Origin: Gammaproteobacteria bacterium
GTDB taxonomy: Bacteria > Pseudomonadota > Gammaproteobacteria > UBA6429 > Thiohalophilaceae
Length of the DNA stretch: 64,000 bases
Reading direction: 5' to 3'
Assembly: GCA_037388705.1 (NCBI GenBank)
Contig: JARRJY010000002.1
Coordinates: 164 to 64,163 of the forward strand
Part shown: piece after piece, positions 20,555-29,698 of the stretch
How the letters are laid out: the number at the start of each line of letters is the position of its first letter
Numbering within the stretch: position 1 is the stretch's first letter
Translations under genes and position numbers: made by a program
Notes under the pieces: model-generated
Database searches by the model: none
Seen by the model: the letters and a program-made list of their open reading frames with translations, nothing else
Told to the model about the DNA's origin: nothing

Positions 20555-23365
20555 TTATTGTTCATTATCCTGTATAGAACGCTTCCACTTGTTAAGCAAA
20601 GCTTCAAATTCACCTACGGCGTCTTTCTTTACCTTCTTTTCTGCGGCAGCAATCTGTGATTTACTTGCCTTGTGTTGTTTTAGAAGGCTTGCTGCGGTCT
20701 TATTGGATTTTTGTTGTAACGCGGTTTGGCCAGGCACATCGATACTGGTCATTTTAAGATAGGCAAACCCACCCAGGCCAATGGCCAGTACCAGGGCGGC
20801 AGCAATGGCAAAATAGTTCTTGTTTTTTTCTTTATGGTAACCAATACCATCATCCAGGTTAGCGTCAAATGTAGCTGTGCCAGTGAACTGTGGTTCTGTT
20901 TTTGGAAAGACGGGTTCATCTAAGTCTTCTTCAAATGATGGCAGTTCTTCTTTCTTTAAGTGTCGAGCTTCCCCTGCCTCCTTCAATAATTTTTCTTTAT
21001 CGATACGGGTAATTGATGGCAGTTTAAAAATGAAGCTGTCTTCTTCACTATCGAGAAGAATACGATCTTTGCTTTCCTTAACGGTGAAGTTGCCGACAGA
21101 TAATCCACCTGATGGGATATGGGCTTGTTGCTGTTCGAATTTCTCCTTGGCAGTAGCTTCCAGTTTTGCCTTGATAGCTTCAGCATGCTGGCGAGCTTTT
21201 TCCTGTTTTGCCTTATCTGCTTTTGCAACTGCGGCTTGTTGTTGGCGAGTTTTCACCTGCTGGGCTTGTTTTTTACGTATTTGTTCAGCACGTTTTTGTT
21301 CAGCCAGCTTTTGTTGTCTTGATCTTTCAGCTAGTACTGCCTTTTGCTGGCTCTGAAGTTCCTGTTGCTGTTGCATGCGAACTCGCTGTGCTTCCTGTTC
21401 AACCAGATGCTTGGCAGATTCCATTTCAGCGCGAAGTCGTTCTGCTTCTTCCAGGGCCTTCAGGCGAATTTTCTCGGCTTCTATTTCAGCCTGTCGGGTT
21501 GTGTTCAGGGCAACGCGCTCAGCTTCACGTTGTGCTTCCTCGAGTAACATCTGGCGCTGGAGCTCACCTTTTTGCTGGGCATCAGAAATACTTTTTTCCA
21601 GTTCACCGCGAGTATGTTCAATTTCTGCACGCAAGGCAGATGCTTCCTGTACTGCCTGCTGACGAATAGAATCAGCTTCAGCCTTGGCCTCTGCAGCTGT
21701 GTGTTTAACCGCTTCACGAGCTTTTTGACGAGCCTCCTCAATCGCGCGTTGCTTCTGACGGGCTTCTTCTTGCCGGGCCTTTTCAATGGCTTTTTCATGC
21801 TGGCGGCGTTCCGCTTCCATTTCAGCACGTAAACGTTTGGCTTCCTGTTCAGCCTGTTTGCGGATTTTTGCAGCTTCAAGTTCGGCCTGTTTATGGACTT
21901 CCTGGGCAATTCGTGCCTGTTCCTGGGCTTGTTTCTCTGCCTGTTGTAGTGATGCGTTTAATGAACTCTGGTGCTCAGCATTTTTATTTTGTGCGGCAAC
22001 CAGTGTTTTTAATTCTTCTTCAGCTTTCTTGGCTCTCTCCATTTCACGCTGGATCTGCTGCTGGGCAGACTGTAGGGCAGAATCTTTTTGTGCCTGTACT
22101 TTGTCTTTCAGACGTTTAAGCTGACTTTCTGCTGATGTCTTGGCCTGCTCTGCGGCCCTTGCTTGATCAGCAAGTTGGTCGGCCTGTTGTTTAGCGCGAA
22201 GTCTTTCCGCTTTCAGGCGTTTTGCCTTGGCCAGTGCAATATGCTTATTCTCATCAGCCTGGCGAGTTTTCTGAGTTTCCACTTTTGTTGCAGTAGTTTC
22301 TGCTACAGCAGCCGGGGAGGCTGTCTTGATATTTGCGGCGCCAAGACCATTCTTCAGAACATGGCAGTTCAAACCATGTTGAATCAGCAGGAAGGCAGCA
22401 GCTTCACTTTGTATGCCATCGTCACAGACCAGGATGTAGTCACGCTCTGGATTCAGCCCGGGGATTTTAGCCCTTAACATGGATAATGGAATGTTGATGG
22501 AACCTTCAATGTGATTTTCATTAAAGGCATCATGATTTCGAACGTCGATGACCAGGCTACCCTGGGCAAGATGTTTAATTACTTCCTGTTCATCATAGAA
22601 ATGAATAAGTGGCCTGATGAGCAACTCGAGGAAATCATCCTTACCAAGCCGCATCAGGCTGCCATCTTCAAGCATACTGATCGTGGCATTTCGTTTGCCA
22701 CTGGTGATCAGGGCTTCTTCACCAAAACCATCACCAACACCGAGCTGGGCCAGCTTGATGTCCTGGGTATTGGGCGCGGGCTTGCGGGATACCTGGCAAC
22801 GACCCTCCTGAACTATATAATAATAATCACTTTCATCGCCTTGCCTGACTATCACATCCCCTTTTTGAAAGGATACCTCTTCCAGGCTGACTAATAATTT
22901 CTGGATATTTTCAGTCGGCAAATGCAGGAACGCGGGTGACTGCAGGAAGCGTAACATCCAGCCAGCATCATGTTCGCCGGATAGATCGGTAACCTCTATT
23001 GCGTCTTGCGTAATATCACCAACCAGGATTTCCAGCAGGTCCTGATCGACGTTTAAAACGGTAACTTCAGTTTTTGTTCGTGCGGTAGACGGACGGGGTG
23101 ATTCTTCTGCGATCGGGTAGCGGGCCTTGTCAGTTTTACCCTTGATGATTTGTTTTCTCTTTTGTCCATTGATGCTCAGTTCAACCTGGCCAGCGAGGAC
23201 ATAGTACAGGCGCTTATTACGATCTCCCTGGCGAAAAAGAATGCGATCGGCAGGCATTTTTTCAATGCGAGACTTTTGTGCCAACTCGTCCAGTTTGTCT
23301 GGAGTCAGGCTGCCAAGTGGCTCCAGTGATTTAAGGAGCTTTTTGTCAATGGGTTGTGAAGACAT
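20555..23365 (-). CDS. 936-aa protein: two cyclic-nucleotide-binding domains, rhodanese-like domain, ~380-aa charged coiled coil, C-terminal TM anchor
   Basis: cNMP motifs (ILFRQGD...; VIVRQGDESDYYYIVQEG...FGEEALITSGKRNAT). Rhodanese-like segment (LVIDVRNHDAFNENHIEGSINIP...ILVCDDGIQS). An E/A/K/Q/R-rich repeat region. TM segment YFAIAAALVLAIGLGGFAYL about 66 aa from the C-terminus. Confidence 0.85.
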   Translation of the reverse strand: MSSQPIDKKLLKSLEPLGSLTPDKLDELAQKSRIEKMPADRILFRQGDRNKRLYYVLAGQVELSINGQKRKQIIKGKTDKARYPIAEESPRPSTARTKTEVTVLNVDQDLLEILVGDITQDAIEVTDLSGEHDAGWMLRFLQSPAFLHLPTENIQKLLVSLEEVSFQKGDVIVRQGDESDYYYIVQEGRCQVSRKPAPNTQDIKLAQLGVGDGFGEEALITSGKRNATISMLEDGSLMRLGKDDFLELLIRPLIHFYDEQEVIKHLAQGSLVIDVRNHDAFNENHIEGSINIPLSMLRAKIPGLNPERDYILVCDDGIQSEAAAFLLIQHGLNCHVLKNGLGAANIKTASPAAVAETTATKVETQKTRQADENKHIALAKAKRLKAERLRAKQQADQLADQARAAEQAKTSAESQLKRLKDKVQAQKDSALQSAQQQIQREMERAKKAEEELKTLVAAQNKNAEHQSSLNASLQQAEKQAQEQARIAQEVHKQAELEAAKIRKQAEQEAKRLRAEMEAERRQHEKAIEKARQEEARQKQRAIEEARQKAREAVKHTAAEAKAEADSIRQQAVQEASALRAEIEHTRGELEKSISDAQQKGELQRQMLLEEAQREAERVALNTTRQAEIEAEKIRLKALEEAERLRAEMESAKHLVEQEAQRVRMQQQQELQSQQKAVLAERSRQQKLAEQKRAEQIRKKQAQQVKTRQQQAAVAKADKAKQEKARQHAEAIKAKLEATAKEKFEQQQAHIPSGGLSVGNFTVKESKDRILLDSEEDSFIFKLPSITRIDKEKLLKEAGEARHLKKEELPSFEEDLDEPVFPKTEPQFTGTATFDANLDDGIGYHKEKNKNYFAIAAALVLAIGLGGFAYLKMTSIDVPGQTALQQKSNKTAASLLKQHKASKSQIAAAEKKVKKDAVGEFEALLNKWKRSIQDNEQ

Positions 23366-23464
23366 TATTTACTGCCGAATTACTCTAGTTGCACTACTTT
23401 AGCGGATACTGATAATTATAATTTAGCTGATTAGGTGACTTTATAGGATGTTATTTATATAAGT

Positions 23465-23480
23465 TGTGACAAGACTCACA
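23465..23480. promoter_or_regulatory. perfect CRP (cAMP receptor protein) consensus box TGTGA-N6-TCACA
   Basis: TGTGACAAGACTCACA. Its centre is ~107 nt upstream of the ATG of the cNMP-binding protein gene (- strand) and ~195 nt upstream of the DUF4389 gene (+ strand). Confidence 0.55.
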
Positions 23481-23666
23481 AAGCATTGTGGAATCTGTTA
23501 ACAGTTTGAGAAAACGAGCATTTACGTATAGATGCCTATAAAAACCATAATAATTATATGGTTTGGCTGCTCAACTGATTAGAAATATTGAATAGCCGAT
23601 TCCACTGTCATAGTATTGATATAAGTCCAAGGTCAGGCGACTTGTTAAATAGGGTGTAAAAACATC

Positions 23667-24038
23667 ATGACAGACAAGGATATAAAGGAAAATTCATCAC
23701 GTGGCGATATCTGGCTGCGGGGGGGCTTCATATTAATTTTTGCCCTGATCTATGGCATCAGTAAAATTGTTATCTGGTCAATCGTATTATTCCAGTTTCT
23801 TTCCTCGTTGATTACGGGCAAAACAAACCCCCAGCTGGGTGGTTTTGCACAAACCCTATCAATTTTTGTGTACCAGTTGCTGCAATTCATAATGTTTAAT
23901 AGCGATGAAAAGCCGTTCCCGTTTTCAGAGTGGCCAGATAAAGATCTCGAGTTAAAGATACAAAAAACAGCAGCTAAAAAGAAAACCGCCAAGAAAACGA
24001 CACGCAAAAAGAAGACGGTCGCGAAAAATAAAGAATAA
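23667..24038 (+). CDS. DUF4389-like small membrane protein with a Lys-rich tail
   Basis: Two TM segments, the FPFSEWP motif, and a C-terminal KKTAKKTTRKKKTVAKNK tail. Confidence 0.45.
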   Translation: MTDKDIKENSSRGDIWLRGGFILIFALIYGISKIVIWSIVLFQFLSSLITGKTNPQLGGFAQTLSIFVYQLLQFIMFNSDEKPFPFSEWPDKDLELKIQKTAAKKKTAKKTTRKKKTVAKNKE

Positions 24039-24071
24039 TGTTCAATTGGAAGCTCGTACCCGGAGGTAGAC

Positions 24072-25418
24072 ATGCAGGCGAAGGAAAACGTTGCAAAGGA
24101 AATTGAAGGTGAGCTGGATACACAAGCAACGACTGCAAAGCAGCACGCACATTCAGTAGACGAACTTGAAAAAGCACTAATTAAAACCCACAAGGCGCAA
24201 GAGTATATGGTGTCAGGGAAAGCTGGTTCGTTAGACAGGTGGCTGGTAAAGACCATGCTGGAATTTGCCGGTAACCCTCCCCTTAGTGTCAGGATATGGG
24301 ATGGGTCCATCATTGAGATTAATTCTGAGCAACATAAGTCGCTATTAACGATTAATGATCGTGCTGCGATGATTAAACTGATACTCGAGCCGGAATTATT
24401 TTTTGGTGATCTATATAGTAGCGGGCGAATTGAATACGATGGTGACTTGGTAAAACTTTGTGAATCCATTTATACCAGCATAGATGAACCCCGTGAAAAT
24501 CATTTATGGTCAAAAATAACCAGGTGGTTAAGTAACCGAAGAATAGTTAATTCGTTATCAGCATCACGCGATAATATTTATCATCATTATGATATCAGCA
24601 ATGACTTTTACAAGTTATGGCTTGATACAGAAGCCATGCAGTATACCTGTGCCTATTTTCCGGATCCTGAATTGACTATTGAACAGGCCCAGGTTGCCAA
24701 GCTACATCACGTTTGCCGAAAATTACAATTGCAACCAGGCGACAAAGTCGTTGAAGCCGGCTGTGGCTGGGGTGGCCTGGCTCGCTTCATGGCAAAACAT
24801 TACGGTGTAACTGTCAAGGCTTATAATATTTCACATGCCCAGGTCCAATATGCCCGTCAGCAGGCTGAAAAAGAAGGTTTAAGCGATAAGGTTGAATACA
24901 TCGAGGATGACTACCGGAATATCAAGGGTAAATTTGATGTATTTGTCTCGGTAGGTATGCTGGAGCATGTCGGAGACAAGCACTACATGGTTCTGGGTGA
25001 TGTTATCCAGCGCTGTTTGAAAAAAGATGGCCGAGGCCTGATCCATAGCATTGGTCGTGTTTCACCTAAACCTATGAATGCCTGGATTGAGCGTCGAATA
25101 TTCCCGGGTGCCTATCCTCCCTCCCTCCAGGAAATGATGAATATTTTTGAGCCTCATAATCTTGAAGAACAGGATGTAGAAAACCTGCGTTTACATTATG
25201 CAAAGACCCTGGAACACTGGCTATCACGTTTTGAATATAACATCGATACCATTAAGGAAATGCTGGGTGAAGAGTTTATAAGGACCTGGCGTTTATACCT
25301 GGCTGGTTCCATCGCGGCTTTTACGACCGGTGAACTGCAGCTGTTCCAGATACTGTTTAACCGGCAGGGGTATAACAAGCTACCTTGGTCGCGTGCATAC
25401 ATGTACGCCGGTAACTAA
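24072..25418 (+). CDS. cyclopropane-fatty-acyl-phospholipid synthase family methyltransferase (N-terminally extended ORF; start uncertain)
   Basis: HYDISNDFYKLWLD..MQYTCAYF, VVEAGCGWGGLARFMA, MLEHVG and IFPGAYPPS are Cfa/mycolic-acid-MT family motifs. Confidence 0.8.
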   Translation: MQAKENVAKEIEGELDTQATTAKQHAHSVDELEKALIKTHKAQEYMVSGKAGSLDRWLVKTMLEFAGNPPLSVRIWDGSIIEINSEQHKSLLTINDRAAMIKLILEPELFFGDLYSSGRIEYDGDLVKLCESIYTSIDEPRENHLWSKITRWLSNRRIVNSLSASRDNIYHHYDISNDFYKLWLDTEAMQYTCAYFPDPELTIEQAQVAKLHHVCRKLQLQPGDKVVEAGCGWGGLARFMAKHYGVTVKAYNISHAQVQYARQQAEKEGLSDKVEYIEDDYRNIKGKFDVFVSVGMLEHVGDKHYMVLGDVIQRCLKKDGRGLIHSIGRVSPKPMNAWIERRIFPGAYPPSLQEMMNIFEPHNLEEQDVENLRLHYAKTLEHWLSRFEYNIDTIKEMLGEEFIRTWRLYLAGSIAAFTTGELQLFQILFNRQGYNKLPWSRAYMYAGN

Positions 25419-25420
25419 TC

Positions 25421-26555
25421 GTGCAAGAAGTAGATATCCTGATAATAGGGTGGGCCGGCAGGTTCCACCCTGGCGTGGGCATTACGTGATAGTTCCTATA
25501 AGATCATGATCATGGATAAAGCTCCGTTTCCGCGCAACAAAGTTTGTGCAGGCTGGATTACGCCAGCCGTGGTGAATGAATTACAGATTGATTTACATGA
25601 CTACCAGAGAGAGCGAGAACTACAGGCTATAAAAGGATTTCGTATCGGTTATCTCGATAACGAGACCGGTGGCCAGGAAACTGAAACCTGTTATGACGAA
25701 ACTGTCAGTTACGGGATAAGACGAGTCGAGTTTGATGAATACCTGTTAAAACGGTGCGGTGCAGAACTTTTGTTGAACAACAAGGTAAAAACAATTGAAA
25801 AGTTCAGCGATTACTGGCTAGTTAATAATGAAATCAAGGCGGGGGTATTGATTGGCGCGGGAGGACACTTTTGCCCGGTAGCCAGGGAACTGGGACATAA
25901 AACAGGTAAAAATGAAGTTGCCGTTGCAGCCCAGGAAGTTGAGTTCGAAATGGATAGCCAGCAACAGGCTTCATGTAATGTTTCTGAAACAACCCCGGTA
26001 CTGTATTTTTGTCATGACCTGCAGGGTTATGGCTGGGTGTTTCGTAAAGGTAATTACCTGAACATCGGCCTTGGACGAGAAGATAATTATCAACTTGGGG
26101 AACAGGTCAAAACCTTTTGTCAGTTCCTGAAACAACAAAAGATTATTGAATTCGACATCGAGCACCGATTCCAGGGGCATGCATACCTGTTATATAACCA
26201 CGCGCAACGTGAGCTGGTTGCCGAACGGGCATTACTGATTGGTGATGCTGCAGGCCTGGCTTATCCGCAGAGTGGTGAAGGCATCCGACCGGCAGTTGAA
26301 TCAGCATTGTTTGCGGCGCAAACTTTAAAAGATGCCCGGTATGATTTCAGTAAATCAAAATTAATGACATACCAGGATAAAATGGAACAACATTTTGGTA
26401 AACGGCAACCTTTAGCAGGAATCATGGAACGTATGCCAGAAAATATTCGCATAAAGTTAGCCTGCCAGTTAATTACACGTACATGGTTTGCCAGGCATGT
26501 CGTAATGGATCGCTGGTTCCTGCATCAGCACCAGGCACCTGTCAGTATTCAATGA
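25421..26555 (+). pseudogene. geranylgeranyl-reductase-family FAD-dependent oxidoreductase, frameshifted inside the GxGxxG motif
   Basis: GTG 25421 gives VQEVDILIIG and then stops at 25487. The frame of ORF 25506-26555, read back to 25449, gives GGPAGSTLAWALRDSSYKIMIMDKAPFPRNKVCAGWIT. The two pieces join at the GGG-T-GGG tract at 25448-25454. Confidence 0.6.
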
Positions 26556-26989
26556 AAAAAACTGTAAAGATACTGCTTCTGCTTATTAGCAGTAGTATTG
26601 TTGCATGTTCTGTACCTGATGAAGAAAGCCGTTTGCGAAAGGCGCTGGATGAACTTGTGCAGGCAGTGGAAGAACGTAGTGTTCGCCAGGTACAAAAATT
26701 TTTAGCCGATGATTTCAGAACAGCACGCCATAGTAATAGCCAGCAGTTACGGTCATTCATGTTACTTCATTTTCGACAAAATAAAGTCATTAAAGTTTTT
26801 ACGTCGAATATACAAATTGTATTACAAAAAGAAAAAGCAGATATGGTGTTCAATGTACTTGTAACTGGCTCCAGTAACTGGCTGCCTGAGCGAGGTCGAC
26901 GTTTTGAGGTAAAGTCACGCTGGATAAAACAGGATGGTGACTGGAAAATCAGTCGTGTAAACTGGCAGGAACTTACTGATTTTCACTAG
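26552..26989 (+). CDS. lipoprotein, NTF2/SnoaL-like fold suspected
   Basis: ATGA overlap with the preceding stop codon. Lipobox in MKKTVKILLLLISSSIVAC. The C-terminal ...WIKQDGDWKISRVNW is typical of NTF2-like domains. Confidence 0.45.
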   Translation: MKKTVKILLLLISSSIVACSVPDEESRLRKALDELVQAVEERSVRQVQKFLADDFRTARHSNSQQLRSFMLLHFRQNKVIKVFTSNIQIVLQKEKADMVFNVLVTGSSNWLPERGRRFEVKSRWIKQDGDWKISRVNWQELTDFH

Positions 26990-26994
26990 CTTGA

Positions 26995-27552
26995 TTATTC
27001 GGAATTTACTGCTTCACGATTATTCTTGTGAATATCCATTGTGTGGACAGGGAAGTGTCCGGATTTACGATCTTCCAGGAAATATTTCAATGTATGGTGA
27101 ATAGTACGAAAGGAAATTTCATTCCAGGGAATATCTTTTTCTTCAAACAAGTCGACTTCAAGACTTTCCGTACCAGGATAAAAATCCAGGTCCAGTAGTC
27201 GAGCCCGGTACATGATATAAACCTGGTTTACATGTGTCAGGCTAAATACGGTATACAAGCCTTCAAGCTTAAGGTTTGCATTGGCTTCTTCCCGTGATTC
27301 ACGCAGTGCCCCCTGTTCAAGGGTTTCCGCATTTTCCATAAAACCGGCAGGCAGTGTCCATTTTCCATAACGCGGCTCAATGGCGCGTTTGCATAACAGG
27401 ATTTTATCTTCCCAGACGGGAAGGGCACCGACAATGATTTTTGGGTTTTGATAGTGAATGGCATCACAATGATCGCAGACATGGCGAGGCATATTATCAC
27501 CATCAGGTACCCGGACGGTGACTGGTTTGCCGCAAGTACTACAGAATTTCAT
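26995..27552 (-). CDS. NUDIX hydrolase with an N-terminal zinc ribbon
   Basis: CSTCG...CDHCD zinc ribbon, plus the Nudix box GFMENAETLEQGALRESREEANA. Confidence 0.85.
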   Translation of the reverse strand: MKFCSTCGKPVTVRVPDGDNMPRHVCDHCDAIHYQNPKIIVGALPVWEDKILLCKRAIEPRYGKWTLPAGFMENAETLEQGALRESREEANANLKLEGLYTVFSLTHVNQVYIMYRARLLDLDFYPGTESLEVDLFEEKDIPWNEISFRTIHHTLKYFLEDRKSGHFPVHTMDIHKNNREAVNSE

Positions 27553-27557
27553 GGGCG

Positions 27558-27842
27558 TTATTTTTTTGCAGCTTGCGGAACAAAACCATTGGGTAACTGG
27601 CCGAATTCACCTTCATTGAACAGGAAACCCACCATGTGTTGCTCAATAACCTCGACACTGGCAGGATCTGCAGTACTCAGGCGGTTTTCATTGATGATCA
27701 TCGTCAGACGTTCTAACCATTTGTTCCAGCCTTCGATGGAAATATTTTCAAGAATACGCTCTCCCAGTTCACCAGGATAAGGCGCGATATCCATTCCAGG
27801 GGCTTCTTTTTTCAGAACCTGACAAAAAACGACACGTGACAT
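27558..27842 (-). CDS. yggX: oxidative damage protection / Fe(2+)-trafficking protein YggX
   Basis: MSRVVFCQVLKKEAPGMD..PYPGELGERI...EGWNKWL...TMIINENRL matches the YggX family. Confidence 0.85.
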   Translation of the reverse strand: MSRVVFCQVLKKEAPGMDIAPYPGELGERILENISIEGWNKWLERLTMIINENRLSTADPASVEVIEQHMVGFLFNEGEFGQLPNGFVPQAAKK

Positions 27843-28001
27843 GTTGAGTACTCCATGTGACGACACTACTATATAACTATAGCTGCTCGTCAGCTTACAA
27901 ATGTGTTACAATTAACCAAGTAAAACACTTGGATTTAGCCGGTGTATTATCCGGAATTAACCAGGTAGGTTCAAGCCAGATATTTCAGGAGTTATGAGAC
28001 C

Positions 28002-28394
28002 ATGACACAGGCACAAACTGCAAGCTATAACCCGGCAATTGTTGAGGAAGAAATTAAACTCAGTGATACCGCGACACAGCAAATGGCTGTGTTAATGCAA
28101 AGCGCGGATGATGGTATTGAAGGTGTGCGAGTTTTTGTCACCGGTGGTGGTTGTGGCGGCATGAGTTACGGCATGACATTTACTGACACGATTACTGATA
28201 AAGACAAGGTAATGGAAGGGGACGGGTACAAGCTCATTGTCGATGCATTTGCATTAAGTTACCTGAAAGGTTGTGATATTGATTTCGTGGAACAGGGTTT
28301 GAACGCGTCCTTCGTATTTAACAATGTATTCCAGGCCGTTGGTGGTAGTGGCGGTTGTAGTGCATGTGGTGCCTCCGGTGGCGGGTGTGCCTGA
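28002..28394 (+). CDS. HesB/IscA-family Fe-S cluster insertion-like protein with an atypical Cys/Gly-rich C-terminal tail
   Basis: VFVTGGGCGGMSYGMTF and LIVD...YL.G..IDF are the IscA/ErpA fold motifs. The usual C-terminal CGCG is replaced by GGSGGCSACGASGGGCA. Confidence 0.8.
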   Translation: MTQAQTASYNPAIVEEEIKLSDTATQQMAVLMQSADDGIEGVRVFVTGGGCGGMSYGMTFTDTITDKDKVMEGDGYKLIVDAFALSYLKGCDIDFVEQGLNASFVFNNVFQAVGGSGGCSACGASGGGCA

Positions 28395-29678
28395 TTGCCC
28401 AGGGCCCCATTTACATCAGAACAGGCGACTAAAACACGTCGCGTTTTAGTTATTGCGCCTCACAGTAGTTATCGAACCGCGGCCTATATCCAGGCCGCGC
28501 AATCTCTTAAAAGCGAAGTCCTGATTGCCTCTGAAGGCGAATACTCGATAGTTAGTGATTTTGCCAGGGGGTTGCATATCCACTTTGCCGAACCTGATAT
28601 CGCGTTTCAAACCATTATCGAGGCAGCGAAAGATAAACCTTTTAGTGGAGTGATTGGCACGGATGACAGTAGCCTTGAACTGGCAGCACGCGTCGCACGT
28701 TATTTTAATCTTCCGCATAACACACCGTTATCAGTCCGGCTGGCTGGGCGTAAAGACCTGGCAAGAAAGTGTTTGCAGCAAGCCCGGGTTGCAATACCTG
28801 AATTTCGGGAAATGGATTTAACCAAAGACGTAAAGGTACAAGTAAATGGTCTTGAGTATCCAGTTGTAGTGAAACCGGTTGCGCTGTCAGGTAGCCGGGG
28901 CGTTATTCGTGCAAATGACTATCAAGAATTATTAGCTGCCACTACAAGAATAAAGAAATTACTGGATAAGGAACAACAACTGGATATTGAGTTGCAGCAA
29001 AAGATATTGGTTGAACAATATATCCCCGGTGATGAAGTTGCGGTTGAAGGTATGTTACGCCAGGGGCAGTTAGATATTCTGACAATATTCGATAAGCCTG
29101 ATCCACTTGAAGGGCCGTTTTTTGAAGAGTCTTATTACATTACACCTTCAAGACATTCGGCAAAAATTCAGCAGCAGTTACGTGCAGTCGTTCAGCAAGC
29201 ATGCAAAGCCTACAGTTTAAAGGAAGGTCCGGTTCATGCTGAATGTCGCATAAATAATCAGGGTGTATGGATACTTGAGGTAGCAGCACGAACCATTGGC
29301 GGTTTGTGTGCGCGGTTGTTAACGTTTGGCACAGGACATACCCTGGAACAGTTAGTGCTGGCCCAGGCGATGGGAGAACCTTTAATAACCGAAGAGCAAC
29401 GTCCTGCCAGTGGCGTCTTGATGATCCCAATTACACAAGCAGGAATATTTAAACGAGTAGAGGGTTTGCTGGAAGCACAACGCGTTCCTGGTATTATCGA
29501 TATTGATATCCAGATTCGAGAAGGTTATGAACTGGTTCCATTGCCTGAAGGAGCCAGTTATTTAGGTTTTATATTTGCCTCGGCTGATACAGCCGAAAAA
29601 GTGGAAGCGGCGTTAAGAAAAGCACACGCCTGTTTAAAGATTGTCGTGGCGCCCATGTTTAAAGTTAATATTGCCTGA
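28395..29678 (+). CDS. ATP-grasp domain protein (amino-acid/carboxylate-amine ligase-like)
   Basis: TTG start directly abuts the hesB-like TGA. YPVVVKPVALSGSRGVIRAN, VEQYIPGDEVAVEG and GPVHAECRI...VWILEVAAR are ATP-grasp motifs. Confidence 0.75.
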   Translation: MPRAPFTSEQATKTRRVLVIAPHSSYRTAAYIQAAQSLKSEVLIASEGEYSIVSDFARGLHIHFAEPDIAFQTIIEAAKDKPFSGVIGTDDSSLELAARVARYFNLPHNTPLSVRLAGRKDLARKCLQQARVAIPEFREMDLTKDVKVQVNGLEYPVVVKPVALSGSRGVIRANDYQELLAATTRIKKLLDKEQQLDIELQQKILVEQYIPGDEVAVEGMLRQGQLDILTIFDKPDPLEGPFFEESYYITPSRHSAKIQQQLRAVVQQACKAYSLKEGPVHAECRINNQGVWILEVAARTIGGLCARLLTFGTGHTLEQLVLAQAMGEPLITEEQRPASGVLMIPITQAGIFKRVEGLLEAQRVPGIIDIDIQIREGYELVPLPEGASYLGFIFASADTAEKVEAALRKAHACLKIVVAPMFKVNIA

Positions 29679-29698
29679 GAAAATTTATTGAGTAAGTT

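Noticed and set aside
21130-22270. Possible tandem DNA repeat or CRISPR-like periodicity in the coiled-coil region
   Set aside because: The repetition is at the level of amino-acid composition and heptad pattern. I could not find exact or near-exact nucleotide repeat units or spacers. No CRISPR array is present anywhere in the window.
20726-22894. A dozen + strand ORFs of 60-160 aa listed in the six-frame track (for example 20877-21356, 21208-21669, 21786-22124)
   Set aside because: All lie antisense to the 936-aa gene. Their Cys/Ser/Phe/Leu-rich translations are the expected mirror image of a GAA/GCA/AAG-rich coiled-coil coding region, so they are not genes.
17891-23365. Pycsar-like antiphage system (class III cyclase plus a cNMP-binding TM effector)
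   Set aside because: The two genes are separated by three other genes and lie on opposite strands. The cyclase has an adenylate-type Lys/Thr signature and an FHA regulatory domain. The cNMP-binding protein is a very large coiled-coil protein rather than a compact TM or TIR effector. It is kept only as a loose cAMP theme.
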